A DNA stretch of 64,000 nt. Origin: an uncultured virus (IMG/VR IMGVR_UViG_3300031420_000005) (taxonomy: Duplodnaviria > Heunggongvirae > Uroviricota > Caudoviricetes). The notes under the pieces were generated by a model. It searched no databases. It had not been told where the DNA came from and saw only the letters and a program-made list of their open reading frames with translations. This document shows, one piece after another, positions 29,481 through 38,675 of the stretch. Position numbers and translations under genes: made by a program. Positions within the stretch are counted from its first letter, which is position 1. Every line of letters starts with the position of its first letter. The stretch is taken from IMG/VR virus record IMGVR_UViG_3300031420_000005. One strand, written 5' to 3'.

Positions 29481-30017
29481 ATGACCACAATCTATGAGCC
29501 CTCGGGCCTCTTCCAGCTCACCCACCCCGCCGAAAGCCTTCCGGAGGTCGACCAGGAGCGCCTGAAGGAGCTCAAGGCCGAGGCCCTGAGCCTGGGCTAC
29601 GAGCTCAAGCGCATCCACAGGCGCTACAAGCTCTGGGAGTACATCGAGCCCATCCTGGAGTCGGAGGCCCACGACGAGCTCCTCCGGGTCATCAACATCG
29701 AGAACGATGGGAAGTCCTACCGGGACTTCCAGAATGTGTTCTTCAACAGTTTCTCCCTGGTCTCCGAGTCCATCGACATCCTCAAGCGTCGCCTTCCGGG
29801 CTTCCTTCGGGAGCTCAAGGAGAAGGAGGGCATCGACGCCGAGCTGGAGCTCAAGTTCGCCGACCAGGCTGCGAAGGAGAACACGGTCCACCTCTACTGG
29901 GTGGACGGAGAGCTCGAGCGCGCCATCACGGGCCCCGAGGCGGTGGAGCGCATCACTGAGGCTGAGCTCCACCGCAGACAGCAGGCTGGCGAGCTCGGTG
30001 AGGCTCCCGGCGTCTAA
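29481..30017 (+). CDS. hypothetical protein, paralog pair E
   Basis: AGGAG RBS; paralog of 28865-29422. Confidence 0.8.
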   Translation: MTTIYEPSGLFQLTHPAESLPEVDQERLKELKAEALSLGYELKRIHRRYKLWEYIEPILESEAHDELLRVINIENDGKSYRDFQNVFFNSFSLVSESIDILKRRLPGFLRELKEKEGIDAELELKFADQAAKENTVHLYWVDGELERAITGPEAVERITEAELHRRQQAGELGEAPGV

Positions 30018-30072
30018 GCAGACCGTCCAGCAACCGACCGAAGATCGCTCAGTAGGGCAGAGAGAAGACATC

Positions 30073-30468
30073 ATGGCAGAGCGGGTAGCAGCTGAGGACA
30101 TCGTGCTCTACAGGGGCGAGGAAGATTGGTCAGCGCTCTATGTGAAGGGCAAGCTCGAGGAAGTGGGAGACCACTACTGGGTGGAGGAGAAGCTCCGTCA
30201 GCTCCTCGGCATCGAGGAGATCAGCTCCGATGACTTCCTTCGGGGAGGCAGCCAGCGGGAGGAGGTGGCTCAGACCCTGGAGGAGATCGAGGTCTACCGC
30301 AGCGCTCGAGCCACTGAGGAGGCCCGGAAGCGCCATGGCGTGCAGGCGCTCTTCGATCAGCTTGCTGACATGGAGCCCGACGAGGATCTCCAGGAGATCA
30401 TGGCCAAGGTGGGCGAGAAGTACGGCGTCTCCCTGGGGGAGCCGGAAGCGAGGAGGTCCGACCGATGA
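30073..30468 (+). CDS. hypothetical protein (MAERVAAEDIV...)
   Basis: Typical codons from internal ATG. Confidence 0.7.
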   Translation: MAERVAAEDIVLYRGEEDWSALYVKGKLEEVGDHYWVEEKLRQLLGIEEISSDDFLRGGSQREEVAQTLEEIEVYRSARATEEARKRHGVQALFDQLADMEPDEDLQEIMAKVGEKYGVSLGEPEARRSDR

Positions 30469-30807
30469 GCGACCACAGTGAGGACGGACTGAAGGACTAC
30501 AGGGACGGCTAGCCATGGATCTCGCTTCGCTTCTGACCCTGCTCTTCCTCTGCGTGCCGGGTGCAGCAGTCGCGTTTGCGGCATTCTCGCCTCCGATCCA
30601 GAGGCGGCAGATGGTGGGCAAGACCTACGCCCTGGGCATGCTGATCCTCCTCGCAGGCGTTGGCGTCCTCTACCTCCTTTAGGCACGCTGTTCGGCGTGT
30701 CAACTTTGTTTGACCAATGGTCGCCTTCGGTAAGATCCCTTAAGATCCCTCTAGCAGGCCTCGGGCCGTCCACCATCGACAGCTTCCCACAGATAGAAAG
30801 CACTCCC

Positions 30808-31311
30808 ATGGACTACATCCCCCTCGATCTCAATGCAGATCCCATCAACCACTTCTTCTCCGTGGCGATACCCTTCATCTTCGTCTTCCTCGGGTTGGGC
30901 TTCGTTGCTGGAGCTGTCCTTATTCTCAAGTGGAAGAACAACTTCGGCTGGTTCCTCATCGTTGCCGGCGCACTCTGCTTGGCCCTCCTCCTGCCAACAA
31001 CCATCAGCGAACCAAGCCCTACTTCAATCGCTGCCGTGAATGCTAGATGGCACCAGGCGCCTGAAATTCAGGAGTCAGTTCAGAAAACCTACGGTCTCAA
31101 GATCACTCGCGGCCAGGCTCAAGCGCTGAAATACCCCGGCGCTAAGCCCACCAAGGACTTCGAGATTTTCGGCTCCTTCAAGGACCGCAAGCAGGTCGAG
31201 GGTACCCAGTTCGAGCAGCGCACGATCTACTTGGTCTGGGCAGATGGCAAGTTCGGGCTCTCCCAGTCCTCCGATGGAGAGTCTTTCACGCCACTGAAGG
31301 CTCAGGGCTGA
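30808..31311 (+). CDS. 2-TM membrane protein, paralog family A
   Basis: Shared C-domain; leader nearly identical to that of 31361. Confidence 0.85.
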   Translation: MDYIPLDLNADPINHFFSVAIPFIFVFLGLGFVAGAVLILKWKNNFGWFLIVAGALCLALLLPTTISEPSPTSIAAVNARWHQAPEIQESVQKTYGLKITRGQAQALKYPGAKPTKDFEIFGSFKDRKQVEGTQFEQRTIYLVWADGKFGLSQSSDGESFTPLKAQG

Positions 31312-31360
31312 GCTCCAACCTCAGTCGCTCAACCTCTTCCCACAGACAGAAAGCACTCCC

Positions 31361-31867
31361 ATGAAGTACCTTCCGGTTGACTATACTCTAAGCGGCTTCC
31401 ACACTGTTGGTCTTTGGATTGCCGCCATCGGAAGCATCGTAGGGCTCATAATCCTCGGCTACAGCATCTACAGCTCAAGGAAGAACCGTAGACCTGGAGC
31501 TGCAGTTGGCTTTGGCATCGGAGGGCTTGCTCTCGTTGCTCTCTCGCTCTACGCCGGAGTCGCACAGCCCAACCCCTACAGCCAGCCTGCCTACTCTGCT
31601 CGCCTTGCTCAGGTTCCGGAGATCCAGAGAATCATCGAGGACACCTACGATCTCAAGCCCACGGAGAAGGAAGTTCGCTCCCTGAGCTACCCGATGGTGA
31701 AGCCCACCAAGGACTTCGAGGTCTTTGGCTCCTTCACGGAGCGGAAGCAGACGGAGGGTGCCAACTTCGATACCCGGAAGGTCTACTTGGTCTGGGCCGA
31801 CGGCAAGCTCAACCTCTCCCAGTCCACCGACGGGGAGTCATTCACCGAACTGAAGTCGAAGGACTGA
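31361..31867 (+). CDS. 2-TM membrane protein, paralog family A
   Basis: PTKDFEVFGSF...YLVWADGKLNLSQSTDGESF. Confidence 0.85.
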   Translation: MKYLPVDYTLSGFHTVGLWIAAIGSIVGLIILGYSIYSSRKNRRPGAAVGFGIGGLALVALSLYAGVAQPNPYSQPAYSARLAQVPEIQRIIEDTYDLKPTEKEVRSLSYPMVKPTKDFEVFGSFTERKQTEGANFDTRKVYLVWADGKLNLSQSTDGESFTELKSKD

Positions 31868-31873
31868 TTCACC

Positions 31874-32404
31874 ATGCAGCCAATTCCAATCACTCCAGCT
31901 CCCGTTGGCGCCGGCGCTGGAATGACCTTCGCAACTGTGGCTCTCGTAGCAGCCGGTGTCTTCGCTGTTGTAGCCCTCGTGCTGTTCTTCCTCAACCGCG
32001 GCAAGGAGAGTCGAGATCGTCACTTCTTCACCTACCTCGCCACCATCGCAGCTGGCCTACTCACTGTGGCGGGTCTCATGGGCGTTGTTACCCTGGGTAC
32101 GGCTGAGGCAAGCGGCAAGATTCAGTCCGTCATCGACGCAGCCAAGGTGCAGACAGCCTCTGTGCAGACTGAGATCCAGAAGGACTACGGGCTGAAGCTC
32201 AACTCCGAGGAGGCGGCGGCCCTCGAGTACCCAGAGAAGGCGCCCAAGGAGGACTTCAAGATCTACGGCCAGCTTCAGAAGGTCGGCAAGGGATCCAAGC
32301 TCTCGGTTCCCAGCGACTCGGTCTACCTGATCTGGAAGGACGCGTCCCTGCAGCTCGCAGAGGGTAGCGGCCAGGACTTCACCGAGCTCAAGCCGAAGGA
32401 CTGA
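31874..32404 (+). CDS. 2-TM membrane protein, paralog family A
   Basis: YGLKL...ALEYP...DFKIYG...VYLIWKD. Confidence 0.85.
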   Translation: MQPIPITPAPVGAGAGMTFATVALVAAGVFAVVALVLFFLNRGKESRDRHFFTYLATIAAGLLTVAGLMGVVTLGTAEASGKIQSVIDAAKVQTASVQTEIQKDYGLKLNSEEAAALEYPEKAPKEDFKIYGQLQKVGKGSKLSVPSDSVYLIWKDASLQLAEGSGQDFTELKPKD

Positions 32405-32409
32405 TTCCC

Positions 32410-32616
32410 GTGAGCCTACTCTCAGCCCTGTCCCTGGCCTGCATCTTCCTGGGAGCCATCGCCACGGGAAGCTACATCGTGCTTCTCCTTCTTTCCCGGC
32501 CCAAGGGTGCAGCCTGGACCGATGTGCAGCAGCCTTCGGGGAAGCTCAAGGCGCTCTCCTTCGCTGGGCTCCTCCTGATCTTCGCGAGCATCGTGCTCAA
32601 CTTCTTCGGATCCTGA
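32410..32616 (+). CDS. small 2-TM membrane protein
   Basis: Two hydrophobic helices. Confidence 0.65.
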   Translation: MSLLSALSLACIFLGAIATGSYIVLLLLSRPKGAAWTDVQQPSGKLKALSFAGLLLIFASIVLNFFGS

Positions 32617-32785
32617 AGTCAGGCTGATTTTGCTAGCTGCCCGCCTAAGCCCTCGAGGATAGCTCGACGCACAACGACTGTGCTTCGGGCTCCCCATCGC
32701 TCAGGCGACAGCCTACGAACGACTAGGGGCAACTCCTATCCGCAGTTGCCAGCACAAGCACGCTCACTCAGGTTAGGATGACCCC

Positions 32786-33481
32786 ATGGCTGAACAGAAC
32801 CGCGACTACGACTGGACCCTGGGACTGAGCTTCGGAGGACACGAGCTCGAGTTCCGCTGGAGGGAGCTCCACAGCGCCCAGGGAAAGCCCATGGGCCACT
32901 ACGGCTTCCTCCACGCTGCCGGCAGCCCCGACTCCCAGGAGACTCCCGAGTACTCCTTCGAGGGAGATGAGCAGTGGCTCAAGGATGCCCTCCGGAAGAC
33001 TGCGGCCACCCTCCGCCGGAGCGAGATCCGCAAGGACATCGACACCAACGGCTTCGAGTGGTACTCCAGCGAGGAACCCAAGAAGGCTAAGATCCTCGAG
33101 CTGTTCCACCGCTCAGAGGCTGGAGAGTACCTCGGGCAGATCTCCTCCAACCAGAACCTCTATGTGCAGGATCTCGCAGCCATCCTTGACATCGGCTTCG
33201 GCCGGACCCGGGATCTCGTAGATGAGCTCGTGGCCGAGGGCAAGGTCGGCCTCGACGGTATGATCCTGGTCTCCAACGAGCACTACGAGGACAGCTTCCG
33301 CTACTGGGAGGAGAAGACCGGCCATCGCCGGCTCACTGTAGGCGACTGGGGACCCTGGGGTTGTCAGGCCTGCGGACAGTCTGGAGACGAGTACGAGGAT
33401 CCCTCCGAGTACCCCTGCGTGACTCCAGCTGAGCGCGAGCAGGCCGAGGAATCTCCCGTAGTCGATAGCCCAGTCCAGTAG
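32786..33481 (+). CDS. hypothetical protein with winged-HTH-like segment and C-terminal CxxC
   Basis: VQDLAAILDIGFGRTRDLVDELVAEGKV; GCQACG. Confidence 0.7.
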   Translation: MAEQNRDYDWTLGLSFGGHELEFRWRELHSAQGKPMGHYGFLHAAGSPDSQETPEYSFEGDEQWLKDALRKTAATLRRSEIRKDIDTNGFEWYSSEEPKKAKILELFHRSEAGEYLGQISSNQNLYVQDLAAILDIGFGRTRDLVDELVAEGKVGLDGMILVSNEHYEDSFRYWEEKTGHRRLTVGDWGPWGCQACGQSGDEYEDPSEYPCVTPAEREQAEESPVVDSPVQ

Positions 33482-33522
33482 TACCGATCACCGACCCATA
33501 AGCTCAAAGAAAGTAGCAACCC

Positions 33523-33939
33523 ATGACTCAGAGTCCAGCGCTCACCAGTGAGCCCACGGTTCATCTCCTCGAGATCACCGATCCCGGTCAGCTCGAAGGT
33601 CTCAGGGAGAGCGGAAGCTTCGCAGAGGGTACTGAGCTCCGTGCTTTCACCGTTGTCTACACTTTCCTCAGCAAGGACGGTGTGCTCAGCCTCGTAGCAC
33701 CGCCTGCAGGCTACGGCCTCTGGGTGAACACGGTCGAAGGTATGGCGGCACTCTTCGAGCAGGAGGGCGAGCTCAGCTTCCCGTCCTCCATGCCCTGGAG
33801 TGAGGCACCCGACTGGATCATCGGTGAGTTTGCGGAGGATGACGAATGGACTGCGGGTCGACTAGAGGAGTCCTTCCACTTCGCCAACAGGGACGATGAC
33901 AGGCCTACGGCGGTCCACCTCGACTGGCAGCAGTCCTAA
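33523..33939 (+). CDS. hypothetical protein
   Basis: ORF with typical codons. Confidence 0.75.
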   Translation: MTQSPALTSEPTVHLLEITDPGQLEGLRESGSFAEGTELRAFTVVYTFLSKDGVLSLVAPPAGYGLWVNTVEGMAALFEQEGELSFPSSMPWSEAPDWIIGEFAEDDEWTAGRLEESFHFANRDDDRPTAVHLDWQQS

Positions 33940-33961
33940 GGAAGGCGCTGCTGAGCTGAGC

Positions 33962-34441
33962 TCAGAGCACTCGCGTGTGGAGGATCTCGGCTCCGAGGAA
34001 CTCGTAGTAGTCGTTGAAGCGTGATTCGACCACCGAAAGGTTGGTGAGCTCGAAGGAGTCGAGCTTCCTCATGCGCTTGAGCTCCGGATCCATGCTCACA
34101 TGGGGCCGGTACTGGTCCTCGTAGAAGAAGGGCTTCGCGCAGTAGTAGCCGTCCGCGATGAGCGCCCCGTAGAGCTCATCCTTGGCAGCATTGAGCTCAC
34201 CCTGCTCGTCGTCGAGGTGGGTCACCATGGCCCGGCCGAGCTTCTTCAGCTTCTTGCCCGGAAGGCTCATCCGGCGGATCGAGATAGAGTCGAGGTGTTC
34301 CGCGATGGTCTTCCCGTGGACGGTGCCCTCAGGGGAGCTGAAGTAGCCGATCATGGAGAGGTGAGCCTGGTAACCAGCACGCTGTTCGCCGAGGGGCTGG
34401 GCCTCATCGAAGGCGAGAACGAAGTACTGGCGGATCTCCAT
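33962..34441 (-). CDS. 2H phosphoesterase (LigT/2'-5' RNA ligase superfamily)
   Basis: Two HxS motifs (AHLSM, YRPHVSM) about 80 aa apart; start fixed by TTGCGC-17-TAATGT promoter. Confidence 0.75.
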   Translation of the reverse strand: MEIRQYFVLAFDEAQPLGEQRAGYQAHLSMIGYFSSPEGTVHGKTIAEHLDSISIRRMSLPGKKLKKLGRAMVTHLDDEQGELNAAKDELYGALIADGYYCAKPFFYEDQYRPHVSMDPELKRMRKLDSFELTNLSVVESRFNDYYEFLGAEILHTRVL

Positions 34442-34625
34442 GGACGCCACATTACGCGGCGGATCGACTTCGCGCAATGGCCGATCGACGGGAACCTCTA
34501 GGCGCACTCCAGCATCGAGCCGAACAGCTGTCGATAGCATGCTCCTGACGGCGAGATCCCTGCCGCCTCTTCGCATTTTCAGACAGGTTTCGGCACGGTG
34601 GCCGGAAGGAAGCACAGGTAGCGCC

Positions 34626-35042
34626 ATGAAAGAGACTCTGGCAGTCGCCACGCCCAATTGGGACTTCGATCTCCAGGCCCTAGGAGCAGACTCCTGGCGG
34701 CTTCGCGTCACCAACGGTGGCACCCTGAGCTCCACCTTTGTTCCCGTGCGAGCTGGAATCTCAGGTGACTCCTCAGCCTCCGTGGAAGAATTCAGCTTTA
34801 CCACGGATGGGAAGACTCAGCTCCATCCCGGAGACTCCCTGGACTACGAGATCCACGCGCTGATCGAACAGAAAGCCAAGCGCACCTGGCAGAAGGATCG
34901 GTTCTGTCTGGAGCTCGGCTACCTCGCCATCTACGGCATCGGCACGGACGACATCGCGCTCCCCCTCCCCGAGTGGTTCGAGGAGCACCCGGTAACCGAT
35001 GAGGATGTGCTCGAGTTCAGTGACAGCGGAGATCTCGACTGA
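34626..35042 (+). CDS. beta-sandwich-like protein, paralog family D
   Basis: PNWDFDLQ...WRLRVTNGG...F.P...LHPGDSLDYEI. Confidence 0.75.
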   Translation: MKETLAVATPNWDFDLQALGADSWRLRVTNGGTLSSTFVPVRAGISGDSSASVEEFSFTTDGKTQLHPGDSLDYEIHALIEQKAKRTWQKDRFCLELGYLAIYGIGTDDIALPLPEWFEEHPVTDEDVLEFSDSGDLD

Positions 35043-35132
35043 TCAGCCCTGAGTCTGGAGTCTACAGCACGGGAGCCCGGCTTCCATCGTTCCTTCTGGA
35101 AATGGAAGCCGGGCTCTCTGTGAGCTCAGCGC

Positions 35133-35474
35133 TCAGTACCAGACGCCGGCGCGGGAGTCGTCCACGATGGAGTAGAAGAGCTCCTCGGTGATGTGCTCCT
35201 TGACTCGCCATCCGAGGCGGCCCTCGAGGGGGTTCTCGTCCTCCGTGGAGTCGGTGCCGAGGTAGACGGTCTCGGCGAAGATGAGCTCGATGTCGAAGTC
35301 CTCTTCGACTTCCTCCGCCGTCCGGCCGAAGTGATCGGCGATGGGAGCGATGACGAAGGTCTGCATGGCGAGCTCGGGGTCGAAGATCACCCGGGCGGTG
35401 GTTCCGTTGGACTCGACGGCGAAGCCCGGGAGTTCGATCTCGTTGGTGGCGGTGGTCTCGTTGGTGGTGGTCAT
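35133..35474 (-). CDS. acidic hypothetical protein
   Basis: TTGCGC(35504-35509)-17-TAGGAT leaderless promoter. Confidence 0.8.
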   Translation of the reverse strand: MTTTNETTATNEIELPGFAVESNGTTARVIFDPELAMQTFVIAPIADHFGRTAEEVEEDFDIELIFAETVYLGTDSTEDENPLEGRLGWRVKEHITEELFYSIVDDSRAGVWY

Positions 35475-35628
35475 GGGTCCATCCTACGCCACGGGCTCGA
35501 TCCGCGCAACATCTCATCGGGAGCTCTTCAGCCGCGAGCTCAAGACCTTTGCGCTAGACAGCAGAAGGGGACAGCTGCAGGAACCTGTCTGCAGCTGTCC
35601 CCTCGGAGACTAAGAATGGGCCGGTAGC

Positions 35629-36030
35629 TCAGCGAACCTCGAGCTTGCGGGCCCGGCGGATGACCTGAGCGATGAACTTCTCGGGCTCCTCAGCGTAGAT
35701 GCTGATGAACTCGGTGCCCTCGAGGCCGTAGGTGAGGAACTCGCCCTGCTCGGTGAAGAAGCCCGGGCTGACGGCAACTGCCTGGCCGTGGCCCTGGACG
35801 CCGATGCCCTTGAGCGCACCGTCCTTGCCATCGGCGAGCTTGAACCAGACGACCCGGATGTCCTCGTTGGTGGCCTCGGAGATCCAGTGGAGCTCACGGA
35901 CGAGCTCGTTGTAGATCTCGCCGGCCTGGTTCTTGATGGTCTCCGTAGCGTCGATCTCGTGGATCGCAGCGGTGAAGCCTTCCTTGATCTGGCGAGTGGC
36001 GGTCGGAGCGGTGGTGGTTGCGGTGGTCAT
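35629..36030 (-). CDS. hypothetical protein
   Basis: TTGCGC-17-TATGAT leaderless promoter. Confidence 0.8.
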   Translation of the reverse strand: MTTATTTAPTATRQIKEGFTAAIHEIDATETIKNQAGEIYNELVRELHWISEATNEDIRVVWFKLADGKDGALKGIGVQGHGQAVAVSPGFFTEQGEFLTYGLEGTEFISIYAEEPEKFIAQVIRRARKLEVR

Positions 36031-36188
36031 GGGTCAATCATACTCCCCCAGAGCGCTCCGCGCAACATCCTGCCCGATCTTTCTGAGAACTCGCTCAGAC
36101 CGTGAAGAAGGGCGGCCTCGGAGACCGAAGTTCCGGAGCCGCCCTAGTGAGAGGTCGAAGTCAGCCTGCCGACGGCAGTGCTGTTGGG

Positions 36189-36491
36189 TCAAGCCTTCTC
36201 GAAGATGCGCTCCATGGCCTGGTAGGCGGAGTAGGTCCCGCGCACCCATTCCTCCTCATAGCGGAGGTCGTAGATGTCCATGTAGTCGTAGATGGCCTGG
36301 ATCTCACCGATGGTGGAGGCGCCGTCCTCGAGCTTCTTGCTGATCTCCAGGCAGGCGGAGCGGAAGCCCTGCTCCTGGTCGTCGAGGTAGCGACCGTCGG
36401 TGAGGTCCATGCCGGCCCAGGTACCCCGGATCGAGGAGATGAGCTCGGGGGTCAGGGGCTTCGAAGCGATGCTCTTGGCTGCGGCGTTCAT
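36189..36491 (-). CDS. hypothetical protein
   Basis: TTGCCA-18-TAGGAT leaderless promoter. Confidence 0.8.
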   Translation of the reverse strand: MNAAAKSIASKPLTPELISSIRGTWAGMDLTDGRYLDDQEQGFRSACLEISKKLEDGASTIGEIQAIYDYMDIYDLRYEEEWVRGTYSAYQAMERIFEKA

Positions 36492-36544
36492 GGGGCCATC
36501 CTATGACCGCAGACTGCCGATTGGCAACCCCTGAGCGAAACTCC

Positions 36545-36877
36545 CTAGGACTTGCCGCCGAGCCGCAGGACCTTGATTGTCATCTGCTCCCGGCCGCGGC
36601 GGGCTGAAGCCGAAGCGTAGCTCAGGATCTGCGAGGGAGCGACCTCCTGGTGGCCTGCGTAGTCGTCCTCGTCGTAGGGCTGGTCGATGGCCTGCAGGTC
36701 CACCCAGAAGATGCCGAAGCCCTTCTGGTAGATGTCCTCGATGCCTCCACCCAGGGAGATCAGCGTGTCCGCGGGAGCTGTCTTGAGGAACTCCTCCCAG
36801 CGGTCCTGGGGGATCTCGAGCAGGGTGGGCGCGAAGGCAGCCCAGGGGCTCTCGGAGGCTGTCTCTGCGATGGTCAT
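36545..36877 (-). CDS. paralog family F protein
   Basis: W.A..P...W.EF...AP.DT.I...W..LQ.IDQ; own promoter. Confidence 0.8.
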   Translation of the reverse strand: MTIAETASESPWAAFAPTLLEIPQDRWEEFLKTAPADTLISLGGGIEDIYQKGFGIFWVDLQAIDQPYDEDDYAGHQEVAPSQILSYASASARRGREQMTIKVLRLGGKS

Positions 36878-36934
36878 GGGATCATCTTATGCCATCGCCT
36901 CAGTCCGCGCAACCGGCAGATTGAAGAACGGTGC

Positions 36935-37231
36935 TCAGTCGCCGAGCTTGACGATGCGGAGATCGAATCGGAAGCGATCCGCCCGGGCGATGAGCTCGGA
37001 GCTGCTCGCCGTGGAGAAGGTGGCAGCGTAGGAGTAGCCGTCCGCCTGGTCGATGGACTGGAGGTTCTTCCAGTTGCCATTCTCGTCCTTGCGGTGGAGC
37101 TCGCCTCCGAGGTCGATCACCGTGTCCTCCTCAGCGAAGCCGAAGAAAGCATCCCAGTCGGAGCGGGGAACGGCCGGCACGACGGGAACGAAGGCGATCC
37201 AGCGGCCGGCGTCGGTGTTCGAGGAGGTCAT
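36935..37231 (-). CDS. paralog family F protein
   Basis: Same motif; own TTGCGG promoter. Confidence 0.8.
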   Translation of the reverse strand: MTSSNTDAGRWIAFVPVVPAVPRSDWDAFFGFAEEDTVIDLGGELHRKDENGNWKNLQSIDQADGYSYAATFSTASSSELIARADRFRFDLRIVKLGD

Positions 37232-37350
37232 GGTTCAATCATACTCCCTGAGCTTGGGCTCCGCAACCCTCTCAGCGTGCTCCACCAACGGGAAGCGGCC
37301 CGACCGAATTTTCGATGGCCGGTCGGGCCGCTTCCTCTGCTCAGCTGCTC

Positions 37351-37677
37351 TCAGTCGCGGCCGATCTTGAAGATGCTGATCGACTCGTCGTGCTCGACGG
37401 CCATCCTGGCGAGGACATCGGCTCGAGTCTCAGCGTGCTCCGAACCCACGAACTCGTTGCCCTGAAGGATCGTCTCCAGCTCGGCCCAGGATCCATCGGA
37501 GCGGCGCTTGTAGAGCTCATCCCAGAACTCGATGATGGTACCCACGGGCGCGGTAACGAGGAACTCACGGGCGTCGGCGGGAGCAACGAGCGGGGTCTTG
37601 AGCTCAGCAGCCCAGCGGAAGGAGAAGCCGTCGGCCTCGGCGGCGGGGACGATGGTGAGGTTCGCGGTGGTGTTCAT
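37351..37677 (-). CDS. paralog family F protein
   Basis: WAA...EFL.TAP.GTIIE...LYKR...G.W..L; own promoter. Confidence 0.75.
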   Translation of the reverse strand: MNTTANLTIVPAAEADGFSFRWAAELKTPLVAPADAREFLVTAPVGTIIEFWDELYKRRSDGSWAELETILQGNEFVGSEHAETRADVLARMAVEHDESISIFKIGRD

Positions 37678-37822
37678 GGGGATTACATTACACCCCTCCC
37701 CAGCCCGCGCAACCGCTCGAAGGAACTTCTTTCTACGAAGTTGCTGAGGGTAGGGCAAAGCAAAAAGGGTGATCTGAGAATCACTTCCCAAACCGCCCTT
37801 CGCCGATGGCTGAATGCCATAC

Positions 37823-38170
37823 TTAGACCCAGAGCGGTCGCTTTCCCAGCAGGAGCACGCGAACCGGCTGAGAATCCCGGGAGAGTCCGTCGCTGATCCG
37901 GCGAGCCAGGTCTGCGTGGTGGAAGCTCACGAGCTCGGCATCATCGTCAGCGCTGTAGCCCTGGTCGATGTCGTCCAGGGACTGCCAGCCACCGTTGGGG
38001 AGTCGACGGTAGAGGTCACTGTAGTGCTCGATCACGGTGTCGGCAGGGACGGTGGCGAAGAACTCCGCGTAGTCCTCCGGAGCGACGATCGGGAGTGCGG
38101 GTGCAAGAGCGTTCCAGCGGCCGGCGACGGCGTTGGTAGCGGTGGAGTACTGGTCGATGGTGGTGTCCAT
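37823..38170 (-). CDS. paralog family F protein
   Basis: WNALAP...EFF.TVPADTVIE...LYRR...GGWQSL..IDQ; own promoter. Confidence 0.8.
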   Translation of the reverse strand: MDTTIDQYSTATNAVAGRWNALAPALPIVAPEDYAEFFATVPADTVIEHYSDLYRRLPNGGWQSLDDIDQGYSADDDAELVSFHHADLARRISDGLSRDSQPVRVLLLGKRPLWV

Positions 38171-38290
38171 GGAGTCAACTGTACACCCTCCTCCTGCCCG
38201 CGCAACCCGCAGTCGGTACTCTAGCCGAGGAACACTCTGAAGGCTCCTGCCTCCAGCTGAACAGGCCGTCGACTCCGCAAAGGAATCCCC

Positions 38291-38635
38291 ATGAGCAGCG
38301 ACAACTACTACACCGTTCGCGAGAACCCCGAGGACGGGCTCTGGTATGTCTACCACGGCTTCGCCAGCAATCTCGAGGATGGCTTCCCCGCCACGAGCGT
38401 GCGCTCGGAGGGCTTCGAGACCGCTGAGGAGGCCGTGGACTTCTACGACCGTCAGCCCCAGGGCTTCATGGAGTCCTACTACTCTGAGTACGGACTCATG
38501 GCTGAGCCTGCCGACGATGAGCTCCGGGATCTTCGCATCGGCAACTTCAGGCGCTGGCCCGAGGATCTCGACGAGGACTGGGCAGCTCCCTACCGGGAAG
38601 AGACCTACGCCCTGGCTCCCGAGCTTCGGCGCTGA
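38291..38635 (+). CDS. hypothetical acidic protein
   Basis: AAGGA RBS. Confidence 0.75.
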   Translation: MSSDNYYTVRENPEDGLWYVYHGFASNLEDGFPATSVRSEGFETAEEAVDFYDRQPQGFMESYYSEYGLMAEPADDELRDLRIGNFRRWPEDLDEDWAAPYREETYALAPELRR

Positions 38636-38675
38636 ACAGCCCCGGCAGAGCACAGATCCGAGAGCGCAGCGACAG

